Shown here piece after piece: positions 28,942 to 39,568 of a stretch of 64,000 nucleotides of DNA. This stretch comes from an uncultured Lentimicrobiaceae bacterium. Its GTDB lineage: Bacteria; Bacteroidota; Bacteroidia; Bacteroidales; SKPS01. The stretch lies in contig CAZZBS010000013.1 in NCBI GenBank assembly GCA_964652685.1, positions 2,933-66,932 of the forward strand. The letters are read 5' to 3'. The position numbers were made by a program, and so were the translations under genes. Position 1 is the stretch's first letter; every line of letters begins with the position of its first letter. Under the pieces are notes generated by a model, which saw only the letters and a list, made by a program, of their open reading frames with translations, was not told the origin of the DNA and made no database searches.

Positions 28942-30110
28942 TGTATTTTTCCTTTAAGTGCGTCAGTGGGATTCATCTTCGATATTCTCCTTGCGGGCAT
29001 GTAGCTGACAATGGTTGCTGAAATAACTACAAGGAGCACACTGGAAAGGATCATTCCCAGGCTATAGGCAGGGATGATGCTGTCGGAAATGGAAACACCC
29101 ATCTCATCGGTGGAGGCAGGCATGGGGATCCCGTTCATCCGGATGATGAGAAGGACAGGTATTCCGTATATGGCTCCGATAAGGAGAGCAAGGATGCTAT
29201 GAAAGCTTCCTTCCAGGGTGAAGATCCTGACCACCTGGCTTCGGGTCATACCCAAGGCAATATAGGTTCCGATTTCGCGCTGCCTCCTGAAAACGGAAAG
29301 CACCTGTGTGTCGAAGATAGCCAGCAATGCGATGGCCAGCAAAAGACCGTAGATCAATCGGCTGCCCGCTTTCTTGGATTGAATGATCTGTGCTATGTCG
29401 CTGTGCAGTTCATCTGTGCTTTTAAATATCCAGGGATTCTCGACGGTGGCTGAAATCCCTTGTGCCATTACCATCAGCGTCGCTTCGTTCTGCATACCGG
29501 TCATCTCCTGCCACTTGTCCAGGGCTATCCAGATCTGTCCCTGGTCAACGGAAGGGACTGAAGTGCGGAAAACATCTGCAACAGTAACCTCCCGGGCATC
29601 AAAGGTGCCATTCCGGTCACGCCACTGGATAATGACCTTGTCTCCAATGTTAAGTTTGGTTGTTCTGGCCATCTTGCTGCCCATGATAACCGGTATATCC
29701 ATGGTGTCTTTTCCCCGGAGTTTACCGGTAGGTAACCTAAGGATCTCCTGCCCGGGGTCAATACCTTTGATCAGGATGTTGACCATCCTTCCATGTGGAA
29801 ATACAGATCCCTGGGTTATCAATACAGGTAACAGTTTTTTATCCTGTACCATTTGGTTAAGGGCTGGAGATACCGGGGCATGTGCATCAGACAGAGCAAA
29901 AGGATCATACCTGTCGTATGCTTTATGCCATATCTGACCACCTCCGGTTTCCCAGGCTGTGGTATCATCCAGGGCTTGCCGGTTCCAGCCGTCAAGCATG
30001 CCATTGTAAAAGACGATTACAACGAACGTAAATGACAGGACCCCAACGTTGAGCCAGGTTCTCAGCCCTGCACCCAACAGGTTTTTGAAGGCTAATGTAA
30101 TGGCTGTCAT
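28938..30110 (-). CDS. ABC transporter permease (LolC/MacB/FtsX-like)
   Basis: LAFKNL, RRQREIGTYIALGM, PARRISKMNPTDAL. 4-bp overlap with the next gene. Confidence 0.85.
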   Translation of the reverse strand: MTAITLAFKNLLGAGLRTWLNVGVLSFTFVVIVFYNGMLDGWNRQALDDTTAWETGGGQIWHKAYDRYDPFALSDAHAPVSPALNQMVQDKKLLPVLITQGSVFPHGRMVNILIKGIDPGQEILRLPTGKLRGKDTMDIPVIMGSKMARTTKLNIGDKVIIQWRDRNGTFDAREVTVADVFRTSVPSVDQGQIWIALDKWQEMTGMQNEATLMVMAQGISATVENPWIFKSTDELHSDIAQIIQSKKAGSRLIYGLLLAIALLAIFDTQVLSVFRRQREIGTYIALGMTRSQVVRIFTLEGSFHSILALLIGAIYGIPVLLIIRMNGIPMPASTDEMGVSISDSIIPAYSLGMILSSVLLVVISATIVSYMPARRISKMNPTDALKGKIQ

Positions 30111-30121
30111 GACTTTGGTCT

Positions 30122-30823
30122 TTAATGAGTTTGTATCAGTTCATCTTTTTCTACTGTGCCATCCAACAGGTGGATGATCCTGTCGAGGTACTGCATCACT
30201 TTTTCATCATGGGTGGCAAAGATAAAGGTGGTTTTCAGCTCCTTGTTGAGCTGTTTCATGGTTTGCAGAATATGATGGGAATTTTTTGCATCGAGATTGG
30301 CCGAAGGTTCATCAGCCAGGACAATCTGTGGTTTTTTTACCATGGCACGGGCAATGGCGACCCGCTGGCTTTCTCCACCCGAAAGCTGAGCCGGTTTTGA
30401 TTTAGCCTTGTCGGTGAGGCCAACCCAATCCAGTGCTTCCATGACTGCCCGGCGGCGTACAACAGCGCTCATTTTTTGCAGCAGAAGGGCAAATTCCACA
30501 TTATCGTACACAGTGTAAACAGGAAGGAGGTTGTAAGTCTGAAAAACAAATCCGATGTGATAATTGCGTAGCCTGGCAGATTCTCGGTGCGATAGGACTG
30601 AAACCCTTTTTCCGAGTATGGTGGCTTCCCCCTCCGAGGGTGTATCAAGCGATCCGATAATGTTAAGCAATGTAGTCTTACCCGAACCGCTTGGCCCTAC
30701 CAGACCGGCAAACTCCCCTTTACGGAACTGAAGATTAATGTCTCGTAGTGCTGTGAAATCACCTGTTCCAACCTTAAATCTCTTGTGGAGACGATCAATG
30801 GTGATAATTGCATGATTTTCCAT
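30122..30823 (-). CDS. ABC transporter ATP-binding protein (LolD-like)
   Basis: GPSGSGKTT, LSGGESQRVAIARA, LADEP, ATHD. Confidence 0.93.
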   Translation of the reverse strand: MENHAIITIDRLHKRFKVGTGDFTALRDINLQFRKGEFAGLVGPSGSGKTTLLNIIGSLDTPSEGEATILGKRVSVLSHRESARLRNYHIGFVFQTYNLLPVYTVYDNVEFALLLQKMSAVVRRRAVMEALDWVGLTDKAKSKPAQLSGGESQRVAIARAMVKKPQIVLADEPSANLDAKNSHHILQTMKQLNKELKTTFIFATHDEKVMQYLDRIIHLLDGTVEKDELIQTH

Positions 30824-30837
30824 TTTGATAAATGTGT

Positions 30838-31977
30838 TTAATGGGTATAAACAACCATGAGCTGCAATCCTTTACCTCCGAAAAAATAATTGTTACCGGT
30901 CATCTGAGGCAGTTGGTATTCGGAAGGATTCCAGTATGCCATGGCATAGAGGGAAATATGTTTGAATTGTTTCTTCCAGCTCAGGAAACTGTAAGTTTGA
31001 TGCTCATGCCAGTCGAAAAACATCATCCCATTCAGATGATCAAATAATCCGATCGGATAGGAAAGAGAAAGAGCTGAAAAATGGAAATCATTTGACAAAG
31101 CTGAAAGTTTTCTGTTATAGATAAAAACAAGATGCTCAATCATCAGGGTGAGGCCGTTTCCAAGGCTGAAGGTAAAGTCGGTTCCGCCTGTCAGGATCAC
31201 CTGATTGGTCAGGGAGCCGATATCCTTTGTTTTGCTGATCAATGAACCCTCAAGCCAGATGCCGGGGCCTATGTCCCATTTACCGTCCATCCCGACCCTG
31301 TGTTCAGGCACCTCTTTTCGGGGGATCACTCCCGGGCTCGTCAAACGGGTATCGGATAACCTGAAGTGATAGGAGACCGCTGCTTCCCCACGGGGAACAG
31401 GATATTGAAACCTGCCCCCCGCTTCCGGAATCTTTTGCAGGGTCTTTCCCACCTCCCAGGTTTTGGGATCCTTGTTGCCCCATAAACCCCATAACCAGAT
31501 GTTGCCATTGTTTAAAAAGTAATATCTGCCCAGAATGCCATACACACCATCGGTGAGTTGCAATGGATCGCGTGGATCCATCTTGTCAAACCACATGAGT
31601 GGCCGCAACATCGTCGCTGAACCGAAATTGATCTTCTGCAACCCTGCTCTTACTTCAAGCCGGTCTTTGGAATATCTTGCCCAGATCCTGTATGGTTTTA
31701 GTAGCATTTCCGAAGAAATGGTGTCAAATGGGCTGAATCCCACATTGTATTGCAGGTTGACAGAGGCTTCAAAGTCGAGGGGATTTCCCTTTATCGGGTG
31801 CCTCCCGTAATTGATCTGAGGAATATACCTCGCACCAAGCCGGCAGGGAAGCTCAAGCGATGGATTGAAGTTGCCCCAGCCGGATAACTGACCCCGGAAA
31901 CTCAATGTATCATGAATCTGGGCCACCGATGTGAAGCCGGTAAAGAGCAATATTCCGGTGAAAACTGCATTTTTCAC
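30838..31977 (-). CDS. Predicted outer-membrane beta-barrel protein
   Basis: Signal peptide, alternating beta-strand pattern, RAGLQKINFG...DPRDP, terminal LMVVYTH. Confidence 0.65.
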   Translation of the reverse strand: MKNAVFTGILLFTGFTSVAQIHDTLSFRGQLSGWGNFNPSLELPCRLGARYIPQINYGRHPIKGNPLDFEASVNLQYNVGFSPFDTISSEMLLKPYRIWARYSKDRLEVRAGLQKINFGSATMLRPLMWFDKMDPRDPLQLTDGVYGILGRYYFLNNGNIWLWGLWGNKDPKTWEVGKTLQKIPEAGGRFQYPVPRGEAAVSYHFRLSDTRLTSPGVIPRKEVPEHRVGMDGKWDIGPGIWLEGSLISKTKDIGSLTNQVILTGGTDFTFSLGNGLTLMIEHLVFIYNRKLSALSNDFHFSALSLSYPIGLFDHLNGMMFFDWHEHQTYSFLSWKKQFKHISLYAMAYWNPSEYQLPQMTGNNYFFGGKGLQLMVVYTH

Positions 31978-32570
31978 CCTTGTTCCTCATTACGTGGTGA
32001 AATACCGTAAACAATGATATTGGCCATTTCCATGATCATCTCCTCAGGAGTGCTGAAAAGAGCTTTAATGTTGTCATCATTAGCAATGTCAAGAAACTTG
32101 CGGGAAAAAAGAAAAAGGAACTCCAGGTTCAGGTCTTTTCTGAAGAATCCTTTATTCTGTGCCTCCTTCATGTTAGCCAGCATATCCTGCCAGGTAGCCG
32201 CCGATTTCTCCATGATATAGGTGGTCAAACCGATGTCACTACTGTTATAAAAGTCCTGCATGAATTCGGGACTTATTTCATGAACTCCGCTCACCTTCAG
32301 GCTGATCATCTCCTGCATCTTCTGCTGTACCGGAGTTTCTGCATGCATGATTCGCCTGAACTCAGACACACTGTTGTCAAACAGCTGGTCAAGGACTTTT
32401 TTTGCAAGATCTAGCTTATTGGAGAAAAATCGGTAAAAGGTCATTTTACTGACTCCTGCCTCCTGGCAGATCTCCTCAACGGAAATACGCCGGAAACCAT
32501 GTTTCCAGAAGAGCTTGCGGCCCGCCCTGAGGATTTCAACATACTTCCTGTTTTGGATTAAATCTTTCAT
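31974..32570 (-). CDS. TetR/AcrR family regulator
   Basis: LFWKHGFRRISVEEICQEAGVSKMTFYRFFSNK. Start ATG 32570, with a TATATTTG box at 32599-32606 (minus strand). Confidence 0.92.
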   Translation of the reverse strand: MKDLIQNRKYVEILRAGRKLFWKHGFRRISVEEICQEAGVSKMTFYRFFSNKLDLAKKVLDQLFDNSVSEFRRIMHAETPVQQKMQEMISLKVSGVHEISPEFMQDFYNSSDIGLTTYIMEKSAATWQDMLANMKEAQNKGFFRKDLNLEFLFLFSRKFLDIANDDNIKALFSTPEEMIMEMANIIVYGISPRNEEQG

Positions 32571-32702
32571 ATTATGTATAATGATACCAGTAATGGCACA
32601 AATATACGAATAAAGAAATATAAAACAAGAAAAGTAACAATTATTTTCATTTTTTTTCATTCCGGGGAAATGTGTACTTTTATCCACCAAAATACCCCTG
32701 GG

Positions 32703-33584
32703 ATGACCAAGCAGGAGGAAAAATTTGCGAAGCGAAGGCTTCGGAACTCATACATTTCTACAAGTGTTAGTATCACACTGGTTCTCTTTATGTTGGGACT
32801 TACCGGAACGATCCTTATTTTTGCTCGGGATATATCGGTTCGGGTGAAGGAGAACTATTCCTTCACGATTTATATGGCAGATGAGGTCCCCTCTGATGAG
32901 ATCATGCGTTTTCAGAAATACCTCGATACCCGGGATGCTGTTAAAAGCACCAGGTATATCACTTCGGAGGAAGCATCTGAAGAATATGCCCGGGATATTG
33001 GAGAAGATTTCATCGGTATCATCGGGAAGTCTCCCATTCCTGATCATATTGAGCTCAGAGTGAAATCGGAATATGCCAATCTCGACAGTCTGCAATCTTT
33101 GGAGGAGGATGTCGCCGGGAGGGAGATTGTGGCCGATTTTCATTATAACAGAGGTCTGATTGAACGGGTGAACGACAACATGAAGAAATTTGGGTTGATC
33201 CTTACAGGATTTAGCATCCTTCTTTTTTTAATTGCATTTGCATTGATAAATAACACGATACGACTTGCTGTTTATGCCAATCGTTTCACTATCCGAAGCA
33301 TGCAGATGGTTGGTGCAACCCAGCGTTTCATCCGCCGACCCTTCCTCACCAGGGGCATCTACCAGGGTATCATCAGTGGACTGTGCAGCATCCTGTTGTT
33401 ATTAGGCACCTATTACGTTATTAATCGCGAGGTTGAAAACCTGATTACTTTACAATACCTTGACGTGTTGTTGATATTGTTTGCTTTTGTAATTTTGGCG
33501 GGTATCATCATAGCATGGATATCAACCTGGTTAGCAGTGAGAAGGTACCTTCGTTTGAAAACAGACCTGCTGTATCAGTTTTAA
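32703..33584 (+). CDS. ftsX: Cell division permease FtsX
   Basis: STSVSITLVLFMLG, LINNTIRLAVYANRFTIRSMQMVGAT..FIRRPF. Followed by the DUF3098-uppP-truB block. Confidence 0.9.
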   Translation: MTKQEEKFAKRRLRNSYISTSVSITLVLFMLGLTGTILIFARDISVRVKENYSFTIYMADEVPSDEIMRFQKYLDTRDAVKSTRYITSEEASEEYARDIGEDFIGIIGKSPIPDHIELRVKSEYANLDSLQSLEEDVAGREIVADFHYNRGLIERVNDNMKKFGLILTGFSILLFLIAFALINNTIRLAVYANRFTIRSMQMVGATQRFIRRPFLTRGIYQGIISGLCSILLLLGTYYVINREVENLITLQYLDVLLILFAFVILAGIIIAWISTWLAVRRYLRLKTDLLYQF

Positions 33585-33630
33585 TGACAGATCTATCCGA
33601 GAATCAATAAGCATCTGAGACCTGAGAACC

Positions 33631-33933
33631 ATGAATAAACCTGATAAAAAAAAGCCAAATGTGGTGAAGAAAACCGCTCCTTCACCCAAAAATACAGAGG
33701 ATGAATTTCCATTCACACGCGACAACTATAAATGGATGATCATCGGGATCCTTGTATCTGTGTTGGGATTCATTCTTATGAGCGGTGGGGGTACCGATGA
33801 CCTAACCCAGTTTGCCGGCAATACCCTATTTTCACCGATGAGAATGACCATTGCCCCCATTCTTATACTGGGCGGTTTTGCCCTGGTGTTGTTTGCTATT
33901 GTCAAGAAGCCCAAAGAGGATAACAACAACTGA
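33631..33933 (+). CDS. DUF3098 membrane protein
   Basis: NYKWMIIGI...GFILMSGG...FSPMRMTIAPILILGGF; usual position between ftsX and uppP. Confidence 0.85.
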   Translation: MNKPDKKKPNVVKKTAPSPKNTEDEFPFTRDNYKWMIIGILVSVLGFILMSGGGTDDLTQFAGNTLFSPMRMTIAPILILGGFALVLFAIVKKPKEDNNN

Positions 33934-33952
33934 ATCCTAAAAGGGAATACCT

Positions 33953-34750
33953 ATGAGCTGGATTGAAGCAATGATCCTTGGCCTGGTTCAGGGATTAACG
34001 GAGTTTTTACCTGTCAGCAGCAGTGGTCATCTCGAGATCGGAAAGGTACTGCTTGGCGTGGAAGCAGAACACAGTCTTATCTTTACGGTTGTCGTTCATG
34101 GAGCTACCGTTTTAAGTACCATTGTTGTTTTCCGGAAAGAAATCGCACAGCTTCTCGCCGGGTTGTTCCGTTTCCGTTGGAACGAGGAGACCAGATACAT
34201 TGCGCTCCTTTTTTTATCAATGCTTCCTGTGGGACTATTGGCTTTCTTCCTGAAGGATGAGATTGAATCACTTTTTTCAGGGCGTCTCATCCTGGTAGGG
34301 GTGATGCTGTTGATTACGGCAATATTACTGGGATTGACCCGTTTTTTTAGCCCTAAAACCGGTAAAATCAAAGGATGGGATGCTTTGGTGATAGGCGTTG
34401 CACAGGCTGTGGCAGTGTTGCCTGGTCTTTCGAGGTCGGGTGCAACCATTGCTACAGGGCTCATGCTTGGAAAGAGCAGGGATGAAGTAACACGTTTCTC
34501 TTTTCTGATGGTGCTTCTACCTATCCTGGGGCAGAATACCCTATCGCTTCTTACAGGAGAGATTTCCGGAACGGATGCAACCGTCCCGTCATTAGCACTG
34601 GTTACCGGCTTTATCGCAGCATTTATTGCAGGTTTTTTTGCCTGCAGCTTGATGATCCGCATCGTAAGAAAGGGCAACCTGATCTATTTTGCCATTTATT
34701 GTTGTATCATTGGACTCATTGCAATTGGATACAGCCTTTTCCAGCCCTGA
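33953..34750 (+). CDS. uppP: Undecaprenyl-diphosphatase
   Basis: GLVQGLTEFLPVSSSGHL, PGLSRSGATI. Confidence 0.96.
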   Translation: MSWIEAMILGLVQGLTEFLPVSSSGHLEIGKVLLGVEAEHSLIFTVVVHGATVLSTIVVFRKEIAQLLAGLFRFRWNEETRYIALLFLSMLPVGLLAFFLKDEIESLFSGRLILVGVMLLITAILLGLTRFFSPKTGKIKGWDALVIGVAQAVAVLPGLSRSGATIATGLMLGKSRDEVTRFSFLMVLLPILGQNTLSLLTGEISGTDATVPSLALVTGFIAAFIAGFFACSLMIRIVRKGNLIYFAIYCCIIGLIAIGYSLFQP

Positions 34751-35456
34751 AGAATTTCTCAGGAAACAGGGTGCGATCATTCCGATGGAAAAACCCATGG
34801 AGTGGACATCATTTGATGTGACAAACAAAATCAGGGTTCATCTCAGGTACAGACACAACATTCCAAAAATCAAAGTTGGTCATGCCGGCACCCTTGACCC
34901 CCTGGCCACCGGATTGTTACTGGTTTGTGTGGGTCATACCACACGTCAGATCATATCGCTCCAGGACATGGAAAAAACCTATACCGGCACCATCCTCCTG
35001 GGCTCATCCACACCCTCCTTCGATGCTGAAACGCCTGTTACCAAAGTGATGCCGGTGGACCATATATCACCGGAAATGATCAGGCAAGCTGCCGCTGATC
35101 TTACCGGAGAAATCATGCAGGTACCACCGCTTTATTCAGCTGTTAAACAGGGGGGGGTCAGGGCATATGCCATGGCCCGGAAAAATAGGGAGGTAACACT
35201 GTTGCCAAGGCCCATTACCATCCACCGGTTTGATATCACCCGGATAGAAGGCTTATTGATCGGTTTTGAGATCACCTGTTCCAAAGGAACCTATATCAGA
35301 TCTGTTGCCCGTGACCTGGGCGCTGCCCTGGGCACTTGTGCCTATCTGACTGAACTGAGAAGAACCCGGATCGGGTACTATAATGTTTCAGATGCTTATA
35401 CCCCTGAACAGCTTGATGAAGCATTCAATGAGATTTTCAAAAAGTTCATTCGTTAA
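34725..35456 (+). CDS. truB: tRNA pseudouridine(55) synthase
   Basis: KPMEWTSFDV, KVGHAGTLDPLATG, QVPPLYSAVK, CSKGTYIRS. The TTG start at 34725 is inferred. Confidence 0.95.
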   Translation: MDTAFSSPEEFLRKQGAIIPMEKPMEWTSFDVTNKIRVHLRYRHNIPKIKVGHAGTLDPLATGLLLVCVGHTTRQIISLQDMEKTYTGTILLGSSTPSFDAETPVTKVMPVDHISPEMIRQAAADLTGEIMQVPPLYSAVKQGGVRAYAMARKNREVTLLPRPITIHRFDITRIEGLLIGFEITCSKGTYIRSVARDLGAALGTCAYLTELRRTRIGYYNVSDAYTPEQLDEAFNEIFKKFIR

Positions 35457-35668
35457 CAGGTTATGGGAACTAATCAGCAACTTCTTTCGTTAAATGTCAG
35501 GTGACAGGTAGTCAGAACCAAAAAGCTCATCCCTGAAAACGATCTGATATGTTTGTTGTTTTTTAGGCAGAGCTTTCTTTTGCTGAAATCTGAAAATAAT
35601 GCTGGACAAAGCCTTCAAAATTGATTATATTTGCATGGGTTTTATGAAGTTAATTAGGAAGTAGCGGT

Positions 35669-36718
35669 ATGAAACTATCACAATTCAAGTTTAACTTACC
35701 TTCAGAACTTATAGCCAGTTATCCTCCTGAAAATCGTGATGAGTCAAGGATGATTGTCCTTAACAGGAAAGATCAATCCATTGAACACAAAAGCTTTAAG
35801 GATATTTTACAGTACTTCGATGACGGAGATGTTTTCGTGCTGAATAACACAAAGGTGTTTCCGGCCAGGTTGGATGGAGTGAAAGAAAAAACAGGGGCCA
35901 AGATTGAAGTGTTTTTATTGCGCGAACTAAATCATGAGTCGAGGTTGTGGGATGTACTGGTTAATCCTGCAAGGAAAATCCGTATCGGGAACAAACTTTT
36001 TTTTGGAGAAGACCAGTCGCTGGTTGCTGAAGTTATTGATAATACCACTTCAAGGGGTAGAACTCTGCGGTTCCTGTACGACGGGCCATACGACGATTTT
36101 AAAAAGAAAATCCAGTTATTGGGGAAGACCCCATTGCCAAGAGTGATCGACAGACCGATCGAACCGGAAGATCAGTTCAGGTACCAGACGATCTATGCAA
36201 AGCATGAAGGTGCCGTAGCTGCTCCGACCGCCGGGATGCATTTCAGCAGGGAGCTGATGAAACGCCTCGAACTGAAAGGGATTTCTTTTGCTGAACTCAC
36301 ACTCCATGTCGGTTTGGGTAACTTCCGGAAGGTTGACGTCGAAGATCTTTCGAAACATAAAACCGATTCGGAGCAGATGTTTATTGATGAGTATGCCACA
36401 GAAATTATTAACAAAGCTAAGGTAACAGGGAAAAATATCTGTGCTGTTGGCACCACTTCACTGAAAGCTCTTGAGACAGCTGTTACCCTCTCCGGTATTG
36501 TAAAGCCCTATGACGGATGGACCAATAAGTTCATTTTCCCCCCTTATCAGTATACTACTGCCAATACCCTGGTGACCAACCTGCACCTTCCCCAGTCAAC
36601 CATGATGATGCTTGTATCAGCATTTGCCGGATACGAATTTCTCATGCATGCTTATAAAATTGCCGTTGAAGAGAAATACAGATTTTTCTCATATGGTGAT
36701 GCCATGTTAATCAGATGA
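35669..36718 (+). CDS. queA: S-adenosylmethionine:tRNA ribosyltransferase-isomerase
   Basis: [56 protein letters not shown] box at 35626-35633. Confidence 0.97.
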   Translation: MKLSQFKFNLPSELIASYPPENRDESRMIVLNRKDQSIEHKSFKDILQYFDDGDVFVLNNTKVFPARLDGVKEKTGAKIEVFLLRELNHESRLWDVLVNPARKIRIGNKLFFGEDQSLVAEVIDNTTSRGRTLRFLYDGPYDDFKKKIQLLGKTPLPRVIDRPIEPEDQFRYQTIYAKHEGAVAAPTAGMHFSRELMKRLELKGISFAELTLHVGLGNFRKVDVEDLSKHKTDSEQMFIDEYATEIINKAKVTGKNICAVGTTSLKALETAVTLSGIVKPYDGWTNKFIFPPYQYTTANTLVTNLHLPQSTMMMLVSAFAGYEFLMHAYKIAVEEKYRFFSYGDAMLIR

Positions 36719-36734
36719 TCCATGATCCGGGCGT

Positions 36735-37412
36735 ATGGAAAGATATGTGATTATTGTGGCAGGTGGAACAGGGGTCAGGATGCAGAGCGGAATCCCGAAA
36801 CAATTTATCCCTGTTGCGGACAAGCCTGTGCTGATGCACACCATGTTGGCTTTCAAAGCGGCATTTGAAGACATCCACATCATTCTGGTCCTGCCCGAGA
36901 AATATATCAAACTCTGGAAGGATCTCTGTGTAGAGTTTTCCTGCACTATCAGTCATACCATCACATCGGGTGGTCCAACCCGGTTCCATTCGGTGCGACA
37001 GGGATTAAAACTTGTTAAGGGTGATGGCATTATTGGTATACATGATGGTGTACGACCCTTCGCAAGTCAGCAGACTATTCGGACAGCCTATCAGACAGCA
37101 GAAGAACGAGGCACTGCGGTCCCCGTCATTGAATTGAATGATGCAATCAGGATGGTGACCGTTGACAATGCTGCACCTGTGGACCGTAACATTTACAGGA
37201 TTGTCCAAACACCGCAGTGTTTCAGGGCTGACATTATCAGAAACGCTTATAAAACCAACTATAAACCGGAATTTACGGATGATGCGGTTGTAGTTGAAGC
37301 ATCTGGTATAACGGTTGAACTGACCCAGGGCAATTACGAAAACATTAAGATCACCCGTTCTGTTGACCTGGCCTTTGCTGAAGTACTCACGAAGAAACGT
37401 TTTGTCATCTGA
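36735..37412 (+). CDS. ispD: 2-C-methyl-D-erythritol 4-phosphate cytidylyltransferase
   Basis: VAGGTGVRM...PKQF, IHDGVRPF, VQTPQCF, TDDA, NIKIT. Confidence 0.95.
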   Translation: MERYVIIVAGGTGVRMQSGIPKQFIPVADKPVLMHTMLAFKAAFEDIHIILVLPEKYIKLWKDLCVEFSCTISHTITSGGPTRFHSVRQGLKLVKGDGIIGIHDGVRPFASQQTIRTAYQTAEERGTAVPVIELNDAIRMVTVDNAAPVDRNIYRIVQTPQCFRADIIRNAYKTNYKPEFTDDAVVVEASGITVELTQGNYENIKITRSVDLAFAEVLTKKRFVI

Positions 37413-38529
37413 TTTTTCTTCCTTTCCAATGAGGTCGGGCAAAGAAAGAGGCGATCCCGGTCAGGGAGGTATAAAAAGGATAGAGCAGAGCAGTAGGGAT
37501 GAACCAAAGAAGTAGTTTCGATTGGCCATATTTTTTCGTCATGATGGCCAGAAGGGGGAAATCGCCTGCACTTTTTATGGCATATAGCCATATAGCCCAA
37601 GACAGGTCTTTACTGACTATAGACAACGCCAGGCCGCCAATTACTGATAAATTGGCCAGGAGCACGAGAATGGCGATTCCGATGGCAGTTGGATTGCGGT
37701 AAAATCTGCTCTTGGAAGCCCATCGGACCCTTTGGCGTAAAAATGCTGCAAATGAACCTGTCACAGAGGTTGTGACAATGCCGTCCATAGCAAGGTTCCA
37801 TCCAATGGAAGCAAGCCCTGCGTGTTTTGTAAAATGGTGCAACAGGAATACATCATCACCCGAAGAGATATGCATGTGCTTGTCAAAACTGCCTGTACTC
37901 AGGAAAACTTCTTTATTGAAAGCCATATTGGCACCATTGCACATAAAAGGGATGCCCAACTTTGCTGCTCCGGCGGATGTAGCAACCAGGCCATAAAAAT
38001 CGAGAGCTTCTATGGCAGATACTGGATGCGTTGTGGTTTTCAGTTTAACAAGCCCGGCGATGAAGAAGTATTGATCTTCCGCAAACATCCTGTTATAGGA
38101 TGCAATCCAGTTCTTATCCGGCAGGCAGTCTGCATCTGTGACAAGAATATAGGGATGACGGGCTTTCCTGGCGCCCAGTGTAATTGCTGATTTTTTACCC
38201 GGCATACCTCCGGTATCACGAAGGTTCAGGTAAAGCAAGGGATAATTTACTTCAGGATTCTGGATTAGGGTGGAGGTATCATCTGTCGAGAAATCATCCA
38301 CCAGGATCACTTCAAAGGTTGCAGGGTCCATTGTCTGATGCTTAAGGGCTTCAAGCAGAAAGGGGAGTCTGCCGGACTCATTACGGAAAGGGATGACTAC
38401 GGACAGCGAAACAGAAGTGTGCCCATGCTGATTTCTTTTCTTTTTGCCCGTCAGGATAAAACCTACTGAAAACAGGAGCATTACGACAGCATATAAAGCG
38501 ATGATTGAAATCAGCAATGTGGGAATCAT
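37405..38529 (-). CDS. Family 2 glycosyltransferase, membrane-anchored
   Basis: VVIPFRNE, VDDFSTD, TDAD, SGDD, QRVRW. Confidence 0.9.
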   Translation of the reverse strand: MIPTLLISIIALYAVVMLLFSVGFILTGKKKRNQHGHTSVSLSVVIPFRNESGRLPFLLEALKHQTMDPATFEVILVDDFSTDDTSTLIQNPEVNYPLLYLNLRDTGGMPGKKSAITLGARKARHPYILVTDADCLPDKNWIASYNRMFAEDQYFFIAGLVKLKTTTHPVSAIEALDFYGLVATSAGAAKLGIPFMCNGANMAFNKEVFLSTGSFDKHMHISSGDDVFLLHHFTKHAGLASIGWNLAMDGIVTTSVTGSFAAFLRQRVRWASKSRFYRNPTAIGIAILVLLANLSVIGGLALSIVSKDLSWAIWLYAIKSAGDFPLLAIMTKKYGQSKLLLWFIPTALLYPFYTSLTGIASFFARPHWKGRKIR

Positions 38530-39557
38530 AGTCTGGAGGTTTTACCATTCCGGAATACTTTCAGATGGTATACGAAAAAGGTTCCCAGGATGGCAGGGAT
38601 AAATATATTGATCAGCCAAAGCATGGTAGAGGTGCTGACAACAGTCAGATCGGTATGATGATCCATTCCATGTGATTGGAAATAAAACGAGAAGAAGAAG
38701 AGTGCAACAGAACCCCTGACACCGATTTCTGATAGGGCAATGGATGGAATAACGCTTACAACCAGGTAGGTCACAGAGGTAAAAATCATGGTATGCCAGA
38801 AAGGAATGATCAATCCGAAGAAGCGCATCAATAGGAAAAACTGAATTGAGAACACGGCATATCTGCTCAGGCTGAAGAACAGCACATGCAGCAATTCACA
38901 GGTTGAATAAGCTGCGATGATATGTAATCTTGAAGCAAACCGGGGTTGTCGTTTCCGGATCCAGTTCCCCAGATATTTATCCACAATATCAATGTTGAAA
39001 TAGAGAAGGATGAGGAAAGCAGCGGTGATGAAAGAAAAAAAAGCAATGAGGGCATCCAGGTAAGTAAATCCGGTGGGAAACCATGCATACTGCCAGGTGA
39101 AAAAGATCAAACCGGTACCGCCAAAAAGGATGGTAGCCAGCAATTGGCTGTAGCTACCGATGATGGTCATAAAAAAAACTTTCCAGGGATGGGTCTGATC
39201 CAGGATGAAGGATCTGCCGAGAAACTCTCCGAGCCGGTTGGGGGTGAATGTCCCGACACTGATACCGGTGAAAATGGCTTTCAGTGAACGAAGGAAAGTG
39301 ATATGTTCGGTTTTCCGTATCAGGAAACGCCATTTCAGTGCTTCCAGTGACCAGTTCAAACCCATGAGTGCTATGGCGAGAACTAAAAGATAGTTATTCT
39401 GTCCGGGATAAAACTGGGAGGCAAATCGTTCCCATAGCGTATCAATGGGGCCCTGTTTCCTTAGCTGGAGGTAGAGGGCCAGATAAGCAACAACAACAAT
39501 AGCAATCCTGATGACAATGTTTTTTAGTTTGCGTATCTTTGGATTCTTAATTGCCAT
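38526..39557 (-). CDS. Lysylphosphatidylglycerol synthase TM-domain (flippase-like) protein
   Basis: NWSLEALKW, FTPNRLGEFLGR, EIGVRG and multiple TM helices. Confidence 0.85.
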   Translation of the reverse strand: MAIKNPKIRKLKNIVIRIAIVVVAYLALYLQLRKQGPIDTLWERFASQFYPGQNNYLLVLAIALMGLNWSLEALKWRFLIRKTEHITFLRSLKAIFTGISVGTFTPNRLGEFLGRSFILDQTHPWKVFFMTIIGSYSQLLATILFGGTGLIFFTWQYAWFPTGFTYLDALIAFFSFITAAFLILLYFNIDIVDKYLGNWIRKRQPRFASRLHIIAAYSTCELLHVLFFSLSRYAVFSIQFFLLMRFFGLIIPFWHTMIFTSVTYLVVSVIPSIALSEIGVRGSVALFFFSFYFQSHGMDHHTDLTVVSTSTMLWLINIFIPAILGTFFVYHLKVFRNGKTSRL

Positions 39558-39568
39558 CTCGCGGTATT

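Noticed and set aside
32582-32600. TGATACCA-GTAA-TGGCACA as a TetR operator
   Set aside because: The palindrome is too imperfect to support without comparative data.
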